This document shows positions 16,372 to 26,281 of a stretch of DNA of 30,815 nt, piece after piece. The stretch's first letter is position 1; every line of letters starts with the position of its first letter. This DNA is from an uncultured archaeon (GTDB taxonomy: Archaea; Asgardarchaeota; Lokiarchaeia; Sigyniarchaeales; SOKP01): assembly GCA_964493715.1 (NCBI GenBank), contig CAZBPC010000035.1, forward strand, positions 1 to 30,815. Reading direction: 5' to 3'. Below the pieces are notes generated by a model that saw nothing but the letters and a program-made list of their open reading frames with translations, was not told where the DNA came from and did no database searches. The translations under genes were made by a program, and so were the position numbers.

Positions 16372-17328
16372 GTGATCTACATCCCTAAATTCAAAAAAGA
16401 TTTGCAAAACTCTGGTTCTGCCATATCAATTGGAATTGATAAAGTTGGAATTATTGGAGTTGACAAGAAGGTTGAAATTGTACAAGCGAACAAAAGATAC
16501 TCATTCTATCCCAAAATCTCAGCCTTAATTTCGCTCCCTCCAAATCAAAGAGGGATACACATGAGCCGTAGTAGCGAAACTATTGAAGAAGTCATAAATG
16601 AGAGCGTGTACAAGCCGGCTTCTACAATTGAGATAGTTTCTGACAGAATAGCAAGAAAATTGTTCAAAGAACATCCTTATACAACAAAAATCGAAGTAAA
16701 ACTTGAGGGTAAAATCATAATACAATTAAAGGAGAATAATCATCGAGTAATCCAGAAGTCGTACGATGTAAGCTCTATAGTCCATGGTAGTAGGACCGAA
16801 TCGGGGGAACAAGAATTTGATTATTTTATTGGAGCTAAAGCAATGGGCATGTCTTGTTGCCCCTGCGCCATCGATCTTAGTAAGGAATACGCTGAATCGG
16901 TCATGAAAAATAGGGATGATATTAACATCTCAAATGAGGATATTCAAACCCTTCTAAACATTTTACCTTTTTCCTCTCATAATCAGAGAACTCTGGGCTC
17001 CATAACAGTTCAGATTAAAGACATCAACAAACAACAAATTGATGTTCTTGATATCATTGATGTTATTGAGGAATCAATGAGCGGGAGAATTCAAAGTGTT
17101 TTAAAACGACCAGATGAAGCACAACTTGTACGAACAGCCCATCTTAACCCGTTATTTGCCGAAGATATCGTGAGAGGGATGGCAAAAAATTTCTATGCTA
17201 AAGGATTTCCCGATTTAGGTGAGGGAAAGATCATTTTTCAAGTAGAGAGTTTTGAGTCTATCCATCCCTATAATGTGTATTGCGAGTTAAAAATGAACTA
17301 TTCAGAACTCGTTAAAATGATGAATTGA
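16372..17328 (+). CDS. mptA: GTP cyclohydrolase MptA (FolE2 family)
   Basis: DLQ, IDKVGI, RGIHMSR, SCCPCA, SHNQR, VLKRPDE, NPLFAEDIVR, ESIHP. Confidence 0.9.
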   Translation: MIYIPKFKKDLQNSGSAISIGIDKVGIIGVDKKVEIVQANKRYSFYPKISALISLPPNQRGIHMSRSSETIEEVINESVYKPASTIEIVSDRIARKLFKEHPYTTKIEVKLEGKIIIQLKENNHRVIQKSYDVSSIVHGSRTESGEQEFDYFIGAKAMGMSCCPCAIDLSKEYAESVMKNRDDINISNEDIQTLLNILPFSSHNQRTLGSITVQIKDINKQQIDVLDIIDVIEESMSGRIQSVLKRPDEAQLVRTAHLNPLFAEDIVRGMAKNFYAKGFPDLGEGKIIFQVESFESIHPYNVYCELKMNYSELVKMMN

Positions 17329-17410
17329 GAATCATTTTTTTAAATTGCTTTAACATCTAAAATATTAAACCTTAAAGTTTATTACAATAATAAAATCCCA
17401 AAAATGTATT

Positions 17411-18580
17411 TTGGAAAGCAAAATGAGCGATAATGTTATTAAATGCGATTATGGGCTTATAGGAGATGACCTGGAATTAAAAGAAAAAATAATAATAAAG
17501 ATAAATAGAGATGGGAGAATATCTCATCTATCATTTAACACTCCTGAGAGAAATTTAAAGCTGGAAAATTCTGAAACTATTCTTATAATTCCGAGTTTAA
17601 TTAATTCTCATATCCATATTGGAGATAGTTTTGCTAAAGAAAAAGGATATAATAAAAATTTAACTGAAGTCGTTGCCCCTCCTGATGGAATAAAACATAA
17701 ACTTCTAAGCAACACTCCAACAGATGTACAAATCCAAGGTATTTTAAAAACTGCTGAAGATTTATTACGAAATGGAATAACGTGTTTTATTGATTTTCGA
17801 GAACGTGGTTTGGAGGGTATTGATTTATTAAAAAAAACCTTATCAAATTTTCCTATTGATAATCTCTTATTAGGTCGATTCGAAGATAAAGACCAAGTAT
17901 GCCCTGTTTATGATCACGCAGATGGAATTGGATTGGTTACTTATAGGCAGATGACTTCTTCAATATTCGAGGAATTAAAGAAGTGTAGGGAGGGTGAGAG
18001 AAAAAAAATCGCTTGTCATTGTGCTGAGAACATTAGAGATGGGTTCTTAATAAAAAAGATTATTGATGAGGGATTAGTTGATATTCTTGTTCATGGTACT
18101 CAATTAAATGAAGAAGACTTGGAAAAAATTAAAGCTCATAATCTTTCACTAATAATATGTCCTCGTTGTAATGGGTATTTTGGTGTAGGATTTCCTCCAA
18201 TATCAGCAATTTTGAAATTTAAAATACCAATTGCTATTGGTACTGATAACGTAATGGCAAATAGTCCAGATTTATTTGAAGAACTAAGATATTTGCATAG
18301 GATTTCGAGGGTAATTGACAATCAACAATTGATAGAAGCAAAAACTCTGTTAAAAATGATCACGATTAATGCCGCTAAAATGTTCGAATTAGATAATGAT
18401 ATTGGAAGTATTAAAGAAGGAAAATATGCTAATTTTATTACTATAAACCTTAACGACCCTAACTTATATGTGTATCCTTTCGAAATTCAAGATATATATC
18501 CCTTAATTGTGCAACGAACTAACTCATCTAATATATTAAAAACATACTTTAGAGGTAAGCCTGTTTTTGAACGAAACTGA
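17411..18580 (+). CDS. Metal-dependent amidohydrolase/deaminase family protein
   Basis: PSLINSHIHIGDS, VVAPPDGIKH, HCAE, LVHGT, CPRCN, GTDNVM, TINAA, GSIKEGKYAN. The real start may be the ATG at 17423. Confidence 0.85.
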   Translation: MESKMSDNVIKCDYGLIGDDLELKEKIIIKINRDGRISHLSFNTPERNLKLENSETILIIPSLINSHIHIGDSFAKEKGYNKNLTEVVAPPDGIKHKLLSNTPTDVQIQGILKTAEDLLRNGITCFIDFRERGLEGIDLLKKTLSNFPIDNLLLGRFEDKDQVCPVYDHADGIGLVTYRQMTSSIFEELKKCREGERKKIACHCAENIRDGFLIKKIIDEGLVDILVHGTQLNEEDLEKIKAHNLSLIICPRCNGYFGVGFPPISAILKFKIPIAIGTDNVMANSPDLFEELRYLHRISRVIDNQQLIEAKTLLKMITINAAKMFELDNDIGSIKEGKYANFITINLNDPNLYVYPFEIQDIYPLIVQRTNSSNILKTYFRGKPVFERN

Positions 18581-19238
18581 AAAACCTTTTATTATATTAA
18601 GTGCAGCAATGACGATTGATGGAAAAATTGCTTCTAGGGATGGCGATCCAGATCTTTCAGATGAAGAAGATTGGAAAGAAGTTCACAAACTAAGGACTGA
18701 AGTTGATGCAATAATGGTTGGAAAGGGTACCATTATGAAAGATAATCCGAAGCTGCATATTAAATATCATAATCATAGTGGATATTATAGGATAATTATT
18801 GATAGTAACTTAGATATACCCATTAAATCAAATGTCATTGAATTCAATCCAAAATTATATCCAACGATTATATGTACTACTGAAAGTGTTTCTAAAGAGA
18901 GAATTCGGTTATTTGAATCAAAAGGGGCGAAAATTTTAAAATCTGGAACGGGATCAACTGTAGATATTGTAAATCTCATGCCTAAACTATATAATCTTGG
19001 AATAAAATCTGTATTGTTAGAAGGGGGTGGGACACTGAATTGGAGTTTTATTCAACATAATCTTGTTGACGAAATTAGATTAACTATTGCACCTTGGATT
19101 GTTGGTGGCAGTAATGCAGTAAGTCTAGTTGAAGGGGAAGGGTTTTCAAAAATGACTGAAAGTACAAAGTTTTCACTTATCAAGGTTAAAAAAAGAAATA
19201 ATTATTTAGTCATATATTATGAGAAAGTGAAAAGATGA
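18567..19238 (+). CDS. arfC: 2,5-diamino-6-(ribosylamino)-4(3H)-pyrimidinone 5'-phosphate reductase (stand-alone RibD C-terminal domain)
   Basis: AAMTIDGKIA, VHKLR..VDAIMVGKGTIMKDNPKL, LLEGGGTLNWS, VDEIRLTIAPWIVGG. Confidence 0.88.
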   Translation: MNETEKPFIILSAAMTIDGKIASRDGDPDLSDEEDWKEVHKLRTEVDAIMVGKGTIMKDNPKLHIKYHNHSGYYRIIIDSNLDIPIKSNVIEFNPKLYPTIICTTESVSKERIRLFESKGAKILKSGTGSTVDIVNLMPKLYNLGIKSVLLEGGGTLNWSFIQHNLVDEIRLTIAPWIVGGSNAVSLVEGEGFSKMTESTKFSLIKVKKRNNYLVIYYEKVKR

Positions 19239-20335
19239 TAACGCAGAGAGATATTTTAAAATATAAGGATTTGCCGTTTAAAAAATTGAAAATGATGATT
19301 CAAGATATTCGAAATCAAAAATCTGTTGAAGAGCAAAATTTGGTTTCTTTTTCTAAAAACTTTACCTTGTCCCTCTCTAATTATTGTCAAAATCAATGTG
19401 GATATTGTTATTACAATCATCGCATTCCAAAGTCTGGAAAAGATGGAAATATTGTGTTGATCGAGTCTGAGGAAATTCAAAATCTTATTGATAAAGGCAT
19501 TAAATATCATTGTAAGGAAGCCTTGTTAATGTCTGGTGAAAATCCCGAAAAATTTGAATTTGTTCAACAGAAACTTAAAGAGAGAAATTTTGACCACTTT
19601 ATTGATTTCATAGTTCATCTTTGCCTATTACTATTAAGTAATAATATTTTACCTCACACAAACATAGGAGTGCTCTCTTTTGAAGATTTAAAGGAATTAA
19701 AGGAATATAATGCAAGCATGGGATTAATGTTAGAAAGCACGTCACAACAATTATCTCAGCAGGGAGGAGTGCATGAATATTCTCCAAGTAAAGAAGCTTC
19801 AATCAGAATTAATCATATCAAAAATGCTGGTAAATTAAAAATACCTTTTACAACTGGTTTGTTAATTGGAATAGGAGAAAGTTTTGAGGATAGAATAAAT
19901 GCGCTACTTACAATAAAGGATATTCATTTTGAATTTGGACATATTCAGGAAGTAATCTTACAGAATTTTGTGTATAAAAAAGGAATTCCCTATTTTCCTG
20001 ATAAATATTTAAAGATTGAGGAGCTATTAAGAATTGTTGGCGTTGCACGAGTAATACTTGGGAATGAAATACCGATTCAAGTTCCTCCTAACTTAATTAA
20101 AGGTCATGAGAAAGAGTTTTTAGACTTCGGAGTCGATGATTTTGGAGGAATTTCACCATTGACCATGGATTATATTAATCCATCCCAGCCTTGGCCCAAT
20201 ATAGATGAATTATCCCAAATTTGTTCTAAAAACGGTTTTCATTTGAAAGAAAGACTTCCTATTTATGATAAATTTATCAATAAAGAAGGATTTATTTCAG
20301 AAAATATTAAAAAAATACTTCAAATAATTAATTAG
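19235..20335 (+). CDS. cofG: FO synthase subunit CofG (radical SAM)
   Basis: SFSKN, CQNQCGYC, EALLMSGE, LPHTNIG, NASMGLMLE, IPFTTGLLIGIGE, GHIQEVILQNF, IQVPPNL, DFGGISPLT.DYINP..PWP. Confidence 0.93.
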   Translation: MITQRDILKYKDLPFKKLKMMIQDIRNQKSVEEQNLVSFSKNFTLSLSNYCQNQCGYCYYNHRIPKSGKDGNIVLIESEEIQNLIDKGIKYHCKEALLMSGENPEKFEFVQQKLKERNFDHFIDFIVHLCLLLLSNNILPHTNIGVLSFEDLKELKEYNASMGLMLESTSQQLSQQGGVHEYSPSKEASIRINHIKNAGKLKIPFTTGLLIGIGESFEDRINALLTIKDIHFEFGHIQEVILQNFVYKKGIPYFPDKYLKIEELLRIVGVARVILGNEIPIQVPPNLIKGHEKEFLDFGVDDFGGISPLTMDYINPSQPWPNIDELSQICSKNGFHLKERLPIYDKFINKEGFISENIKKILQIIN

Positions 20336-21466
20336 ATGTCTGACACTTGTTTACTTGATCAAATAGACCACGAAATTAAAAAGATTTTAAAAAAATCGCT
20401 AAATTCTGAAGAAATTGATAAAGAAGAAGCATTTAAATTATTAAAAGTGACAGGAAAAGAGTTTTTTGCGCTCCAAGAAGTTGCTGATCAATTATGTTAT
20501 GAAAAAAAGGAAGATGTTGTAACATTTATAATAAATCGAAATATAAATTTTACAAATGTCTGTTATCAATCCTGTAAATTTTGCTCTTTCAGTGTTTCTG
20601 CCAATGATGAAAGTGCTTTCTTATTAACAACTGAAGTTATAAAAAGAAAAGTTGAAGAAGCAAAAAATGCGAATTGCAGTGAAGTATGTATTCAAGGGGG
20701 GATCAATCCGGAAATAAGTTTTCAATATTACATAGATTTGCTTAAATCAGTAAAAGAAATCGATCCTAAGATTCATATTCATGCTTTTTCTCCACAAGAA
20801 GTATGGTATATGTCAAAATTATATCAATCCTCTATTGATGACGTTTTAAAAGAATTGAAAAAAGCAGGACTTGATTCTATGCCGGGTACAGCAGCAGAGA
20901 TACTTGTTGATAAAATAAGAAGAGAAATTTGCCCAAATAAAATTTCAACAGACCAATGGATTAAAATAATAAAGCTCGCTCATGATGAACATATCCCAAC
21001 AACATCTACAATGATGTATGGTCATATTGAAGGATTAAAAGACCGAATTGAACACTTAGACATTTTAAGAGAAATTCAAAAGGATACAGGAAGGATCACG
21101 GAATTTGTCCCTTTACCGTTTATTAAGGAAAATCCTTTTCTTTCAAAACAAAACAAATACACATTACAATGGAATCATGGAATAGATGATCTCCGCTTAT
21201 TTTGTGTAGCGCGAATTTTTTTTAATAATTATATTGATAATATTCAATGTTCTTGGGTGAAATTGGGACCAAAATTCGCTCAAATTTCTTTGAATTATGG
21301 AGTTAATGATTTCTCAGGCACTCTAATGGAAGAAAATATTTCAAAAAGTGCTGGAGCGGAATTTGGAGAATATCTGTCTCCTCAAGAAATTATTGAAATA
21401 GTTAAATCTGCAGGTAAAAAACCTGCTCAACGAGATACGGTATATAACATTTTGAAACGTTATTAG
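20336..21466 (+). CDS. cofH: FO synthase subunit CofH (radical SAM)
   Basis: VTFIINRNINFTNVCYQSCKFCSF, EVCIQGG, HAFSPQE, SMPGTAAEIL, TMMYGHIE, EFVPLPF, NIQCSWVKLG, GTLMEENIS; directly follows cofG. Confidence 0.92.
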   Translation: MSDTCLLDQIDHEIKKILKKSLNSEEIDKEEAFKLLKVTGKEFFALQEVADQLCYEKKEDVVTFIINRNINFTNVCYQSCKFCSFSVSANDESAFLLTTEVIKRKVEEAKNANCSEVCIQGGINPEISFQYYIDLLKSVKEIDPKIHIHAFSPQEVWYMSKLYQSSIDDVLKELKKAGLDSMPGTAAEILVDKIRREICPNKISTDQWIKIIKLAHDEHIPTTSTMMYGHIEGLKDRIEHLDILREIQKDTGRITEFVPLPFIKENPFLSKQNKYTLQWNHGIDDLRLFCVARIFFNNYIDNIQCSWVKLGPKFAQISLNYGVNDFSGTLMEENISKSAGAEFGEYLSPQEIIEIVKSAGKKPAQRDTVYNILKRY

Positions 21467-21475
21467 GATTTTATA

Positions 21476-22056
21476 ATGAAAGCTAAAAAATTACTCTTGA
21501 TTGGGATTTCCCATACATGGAACCTCCATTTGTATGGATTAATCTTGAAAACCGAGATCCAAGTGGAGTTGTAAAACAAGGGAATTATGAAGATATCAGA
21601 GTTAAAATTATTGATGCACTTTACAATATTAGAGATCCAGAGAATAATGAAAAAGTTGTGCAATTAGCACTTAAAAAGGAAGATGCAAGCAAGTATGGTT
21701 TAAATGGAGATCGAATTGGTGATGTTGTATACTTTTTAAAACCACCTTATGGCTTATTTGATGGAGATCTAAGAAGTTTAGATACTTCCTTTCTTTCAAA
21801 GGAATCGTTTGAAGGTCTAATATGCAATCCTTCGCGCAGATTCTTTGGAGTTCATGCATATTATCTCCCAGAAACGAGATTTGGTGAATATTCTATTAGT
21901 GTACCATTAATTATTAAAGGTCCAGGAGTTAAGAAAGGAATTCCTCTAAAAAATTCTGTAAAATTGATTGACCTCGCACCCACATTAGCCCATTTACTAA
22001 AAATACCGAAACCTAAAAACGCAAGCGGAACCATTCTTCACGAAATTTTTAATTAA
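21476..22056 (+). pseudogene. Alkaline-phosphatase-superfamily (type I phosphodiesterase-like) gene with a large internal deletion
   Basis: The ATG at 21476 gives MKAKKLLLIGI (typical first strand) and stops at codon 33. A different frame from about 21508 gives the typical C-terminal part (WINLENRDP.G.V...GD....H.......LIIKGPGVKKG...LIDLAPTLAHLL). The catalytic core is absent. Confidence 0.68.
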
Positions 22057-22097
22057 ATGATATATTTCTATAATTTAATATTCTAATAATTAGGGAA

Positions 22098-22391
22098 TTG
22101 AGAAAATTGATAACTCTTATTGCTACAATAAAAGTAAAGGAAGGAAAGATGGATGATGCTATAAAAGTATTAAAAGAAATAGCTCCTAAAATTAAAGAAG
22201 CAGAATCTGGTTGCATGGAATACCTACCACATACGGTTAAGGGCTCAGATAATACAATAATCTTTTATGAAAAATACAAAGACGGCGAAGCATTGAAACT
22301 ACACAGCGCGAACATCCCCAAATCATTAGCGAAGTTACTACCCTTGCTAGAACCAGGAATGGATGTTAAGACATGCTTTGAAATATTATAA
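22098..22391 (+). CDS. Antibiotic biosynthesis monooxygenase (ABM) / putative quinol monooxygenase family protein
   Basis: LIATIKVKEGK...ESGCMEY...IIFYEKYKDGEALKLH. Confidence 0.85.
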   Translation: MRKLITLIATIKVKEGKMDDAIKVLKEIAPKIKEAESGCMEYLPHTVKGSDNTIIFYEKYKDGEALKLHSANIPKSLAKLLPLLEPGMDVKTCFEIL

Positions 22392-22404
22392 TTCTTTTTT
22401 TATT

Positions 22405-23976
22405 TTAAACATCTTGGATATATGGTTTTCCTATATTTAGACACCATTCAGCTTTACTCAGTTCTCTTCCAATGTAATTGAGATGTTCCAAGTTTGCTGT
22501 CAGATCCAGAGATATAATTTTTTTGGATATTGATTCTGCGTTATTACCAATGAGGATATTGATGAGTTTATGGTCAATCGAATAAAACATTACGTAAATT
22601 TCTTTAGAATAATGGTTAACATATAATTTAAAGTACCCTTTTCCGTCAAGAGTATAATCCATATTAAGATCTTTTACATAAATCGGATTTTGAAGGTTAA
22701 TATCGGGTAAAATTTGATTTATTTTTCCTTTCGATTTGAATATTTGGATTCCTTGGTTAATTGGAGGTGTACTTTTTTGTTTAGCAAGAAAATTTAGATT
22801 AATACATTCTTTAAGTTCTGAGACACCACCTATCATTTTAGTGCTATGCTCTACTGTAAACAGGATGCCCATATCTAATTCAACTGCAATGCTTGCTAAT
22901 AATCCATTGATGCCTACCGAATCAATATCCATTAATTCAACTACGTTTGAAATACCAAAAAACATTGGTAGTTGGAGTGATTTATGTTCTGGTTTAGATG
23001 TCTCTTTTTTGTAAAGGAAATAAGCTTCTAAAGAATTACATATACCGGGTGTTATGGGTGTTTCTAGAAGAGGATCAGCAATTAATTTTTTAAATCCATA
23101 TCCTTGTAGTATTTTAGTTAATTCAAGTAAATTAGTAACTCTTGTTTCTGGATCTTTAGGAAAATAACCTTCATTAATTCTTGTTGGGATTATGACAATA
23201 GGGATAGTTTTTGGAATATCTAAGAATTCTTTATAATTGCTTAAATCCAAGCTTAAAATCAGATCAATGTCATTATCTACAGCGGAAAAAATTTCACTAG
23301 AAGCCATGGAATCAATACTGAGAAGGATATTATAATTATTTCTGATGAGATGAATTATTTCTTCAATTCTGGTTGGATCAGGTTTATTCACGATGCATCC
23401 GATATCAATTATATCCGCACCCGAATCGATGTAATGCTTTGCTTTTTTAAGAATCTCATCATCATTCTTTTTCGTACAATTTACGATTTCTGCAATAATG
23501 GGAGGTGGAAGACCTTGTCCAATAATTATATCAGATCTTTTTTGGTTTAGATAATATGTGTTTAATCCAAGATTTCCTTTAGCTTTTGTATACATCTCAT
23601 CAATCAGTTGTTTTAATTTGGTTTCCCCTGAAGTTTCAAGAATTCTGTTTGCAGGTATTATATTTGAAAGCTTGATATCTAATAAGTTATTTAAGATCAT
23701 GGGTAAATCAGAGGCAAATTCAGGTCCTTTCTTGATACTAATAGAAAATTCTTGTTCAATGTCAGATGAATCCCATTGAACAAATCCAGGTAGTAATACA
23801 AGTTCATAATTAGAAAGAGTAAGTTCTGTTAAAATATTTCTTGTAATTTGTTTAGTAAGAAAGGCAGAAACAGATATAGGAGCTTTCTCCACTGAAATCT
23901 GGTGGTTTTTAATAGAACCTACAATCTCTAAAATAATTGGAAAGCTTTCTTGTCCCGTAATTATTAGTATTTTAAT
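22405..23976 (-). CDS. Dihydropteroate synthase-like protein (TIGR00284-like) with C-terminal DUF4346-like domain
   Basis: SVSAFLT, VLLPG, KGPEFASDLP, IIAEIV, GADIIDIG, SIDS, IADPLL, PMFFGISNVVELMDIDSVGINGLL, DGKGYFK, EHLNYIGRELSKAE. The frame is open beyond the track start (23892) to ATT at 23976, giving (M)KILIITG. Confidence 0.85.
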   Translation of the reverse strand: MKILIITGQESFPIILEIVGSIKNHQISVEKAPISVSAFLTKQITRNILTELTLSNYELVLLPGFVQWDSSDIEQEFSISIKKGPEFASDLPMILNNLLDIKLSNIIPANRILETSGETKLKQLIDEMYTKAKGNLGLNTYYLNQKRSDIIIGQGLPPPIIAEIVNCTKKNDDEILKKAKHYIDSGADIIDIGCIVNKPDPTRIEEIIHLIRNNYNILLSIDSMASSEIFSAVDNDIDLILSLDLSNYKEFLDIPKTIPIVIIPTRINEGYFPKDPETRVTNLLELTKILQGYGFKKLIADPLLETPITPGICNSLEAYFLYKKETSKPEHKSLQLPMFFGISNVVELMDIDSVGINGLLASIAVELDMGILFTVEHSTKMIGGVSELKECINLNFLAKQKSTPPINQGIQIFKSKGKINQILPDINLQNPIYVKDLNMDYTLDGKGYFKLYVNHYSKEIYVMFYSIDHKLINILIGNNAESISKKIISLDLTANLEHLNYIGRELSKAEWCLNIGKPYIQDV

Positions 23977-25069
23977 TTATATCACTCATCAAGTTATTTC
24001 TATCAAATGGAATAAATATATCATCTAAAATCGATCCTGATGATTCGGTAATTTTTAAGTTAGATACAATTGGCTCAAATTCACCTTTCATTAACCCATT
24101 CGCAATAAAAGCAGCTCCTTGCGCTGCACGTTTTGAGAGATGACTGTAAGATTTCATTAATTTCACTGGAGCTATTTTTTTTAAATTTGAGGTGATGGCT
24201 TCTTTTATGGGTATCACCTCGGCACCTCGACCAGCTAGTAGTATTTCTTTAATTTTATCTCTCTCCGAGAAAGATGAGGTAATTCCATAGACTGCTTTAT
24301 CAACGCTTGAAAAATAAGCATCCAATGCCAATTTAGTTCTGCTATCCTTTTGTGCTAATAAAGTTATTTCTTCCAGACTCAAACCCTCATAACCAGCAAT
24401 AAATGAAACTCCACCACCATAAATATCTTTTTTCTTAACATTTTTAATAAGATATGCTAGTTCACCATCAAGGCTGCCACAAGCTCTAAATCCCATAATA
24501 TTTGAACCACCTATACCATCTATAATTTGCCCGTTTTCTATAGCTAAAACAGCTGTAAATCCATAACCAATTTCCACCATAATAAAATTAGAGTTTTGTG
24601 GGCTCAAATTAAATCTTTCGATCTGATCTCTTATTCCAGTTACTGCCGTACATAATTTATCTGCAGTGCCCATATCAATTTTATTTACTTTCCGGTATCT
24701 TGGAATAGTCGGCAAGTGTTTAACTCCTGGAATAATGACTCCTGGTATTTTCTCTTTCTTAATTAATTTCAAGACATTACCTAATCCAAGGAGTTGATTC
24801 TTTTCGTTCATATCATATTTCATTAATGTCAAGAAAAGATCCTCCTTTGACAATGCATCGACTTTTTTTAAAGGAAGACCAAAACCACTTGGAGCTACTA
24901 TTAAGTCAATCATGTCAATGGTTTTTATTATTGAAATTGCTTTTTCAGGATTACTAACTATCTCTTTTGATGGAATTGAAGTGTCTAAAATTATATCCTT
25001 TCCATTTAAACCAAAAAAATCCCAACTTAATGACCCAGGATCCACGCCAATAACAGTTAGAGGTGACAT
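23972..25069 (-). CDS. DUF1464 family ASKHA-fold (butyrate-kinase-like) protein
   Basis: VIGVDPGSLSWD, APSGFGLP, IPGVKHLPTIP.YRK.NKIDMGTADK, VEIGYGFTA, GQIIDGIGG, LDGELAY, AAQGAA.IANGL. Confidence 0.82.
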   Translation of the reverse strand: MSPLTVIGVDPGSLSWDFFGLNGKDIILDTSIPSKEIVSNPEKAISIIKTIDMIDLIVAPSGFGLPLKKVDALSKEDLFLTLMKYDMNEKNQLLGLGNVLKLIKKEKIPGVIIPGVKHLPTIPRYRKVNKIDMGTADKLCTAVTGIRDQIERFNLSPQNSNFIMVEIGYGFTAVLAIENGQIIDGIGGSNIMGFRACGSLDGELAYLIKNVKKKDIYGGGVSFIAGYEGLSLEEITLLAQKDSRTKLALDAYFSSVDKAVYGITSSFSERDKIKEILLAGRGAEVIPIKEAITSNLKKIAPVKLMKSYSHLSKRAAQGAAFIANGLMKGEFEPIVSNLKITESSGSILDDIFIPFDRNNLMSDIN

Positions 25070-25196
25070 CTTTTATTATTAATATTGATTGAAAGAAAAT
25101 TACTAAAAAACTTAATTTTTAATTTTGCTAATTATGAAATTGTAATAATTCTTTTTATTTATATTAAAAATAATATTTTTTATTGGTGAATATAAG

Positions 25197-25886
25197 ATGG
25201 GAACTCTTCAAGATTATGGTTTAAATCAAGATTGTCTCTATGAAGTTCTAGCTTGCACCATCTCAAAAAAAAATGAGATTGAATATCCAAACACAGCTTC
25301 TATGGGTATAAGAATAATTAATGATAAATTACTCAAAATTAAACCATACTATAATACCATAACTCATAAGAATATAAAAGAAAGTGGCATTGTATCTATT
25401 AATTTCATTGATAATGTGTTTCTTTTCGCTCAAGCATCTTTAAAAGAAATTAAGGGGGGTTTCAAGGGAATTCCTATTGATGAATATCATTATTATGATT
25501 ATAAATATCGAGGAAAGAACTATAAATGTCCCTATATGAAAGATTCTTGGATGGTAATATTTTGTAATGTGGTTAATGAAACTCATATCGTTAAAACCGA
25601 TAATATGGGAACAATTAATGCAACAGAATTCGAATTGAAAGTAAATTATTCTTTTAAAAAAAAAGAATCATTCAAATTATATAATAGAGCAGAAAATCTT
25701 GCATTAGAGACCATTATTCTCGCAACCAGATTGAAGATCGCGAGACAAATTAAAGATGAGATATTATATTCAAAAATTGAAACCAAAATTAACGAGTATC
25801 TAAAGATGATCACGCAATTTGGGAAAAATTTTAGTGCTTTAAAGACAATAAATCTTGTAAAAGATTATATTAAGTTTTTAAAATAA
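25197..25886 (+). CDS. DUF447 family protein (split-barrel N-terminal domain)
   Basis: YEVLACT...PNTASMGI...T.KNI......INF...YNRAENLALETIILATR; GGTGA RBS; methanopterin-gene context. Confidence 0.75.
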   Translation: MGTLQDYGLNQDCLYEVLACTISKKNEIEYPNTASMGIRIINDKLLKIKPYYNTITHKNIKESGIVSINFIDNVFLFAQASLKEIKGGFKGIPIDEYHYYDYKYRGKNYKCPYMKDSWMVIFCNVVNETHIVKTDNMGTINATEFELKVNYSFKKKESFKLYNRAENLALETIILATRLKIARQIKDEILYSKIETKINEYLKMITQFGKNFSALKTINLVKDYIKFLK

Positions 25887-25888
25887 TC

Positions 25889-26281
25889 TTATAACTCTTC
25901 GATTTTTTCAATGAACATTAGTGGGTATTTTAATTTTTCAATCCATTCAATTTTAGCCACTACTTTAATGGATTTATATTCAATAGTTACCACAGCTTTA
26001 ATTTTTTCACCATTAATTTCATCATAATCAAGTTCAGTTGATTTATTTCCCTCAATTTTATCTTGTAGTATTTTTAATTTCACTGATTTTACATATGGTT
26101 GGCAAGATATTGAAGCTTCAAATCCTTTTTCAATTGATTCTATTACTTTTTTGTCTGAAGAAACTGGGACGCCACTTATTAAATGATACAGTGCTCCTAA
26201 CTTAATACCGATTTCAAAAGTAGCTCGCTCCCTATTGCTCAAATCGGAAGAAAAATACTCATTTTCATCATAATCTTTCAT
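25889..26281 (-). CDS. mptD: Archaeal dihydroneopterin aldolase MptD
   Basis: SNRERATFEIGIKLGALYH...G.PVS...EASISCQPYV...LKYPLMFI. Confidence 0.85.
   Translation of the reverse strand: MKDYDENEYFSSDLSNRERATFEIGIKLGALYHLISGVPVSSDKKVIESIEKGFEASISCQPYVKSVKLKILQDKIEGNKSTELDYDEINGEKIKAVVTIEYKSIKVVAKIEWIEKLKYPLMFIEKIEEL

Noticed and set aside
20336-21466. MqnC/MqnE (futalosine pathway) instead of CofH
   Set aside because: Direct adjacency to a clear cofG and to arfC favours CofH.
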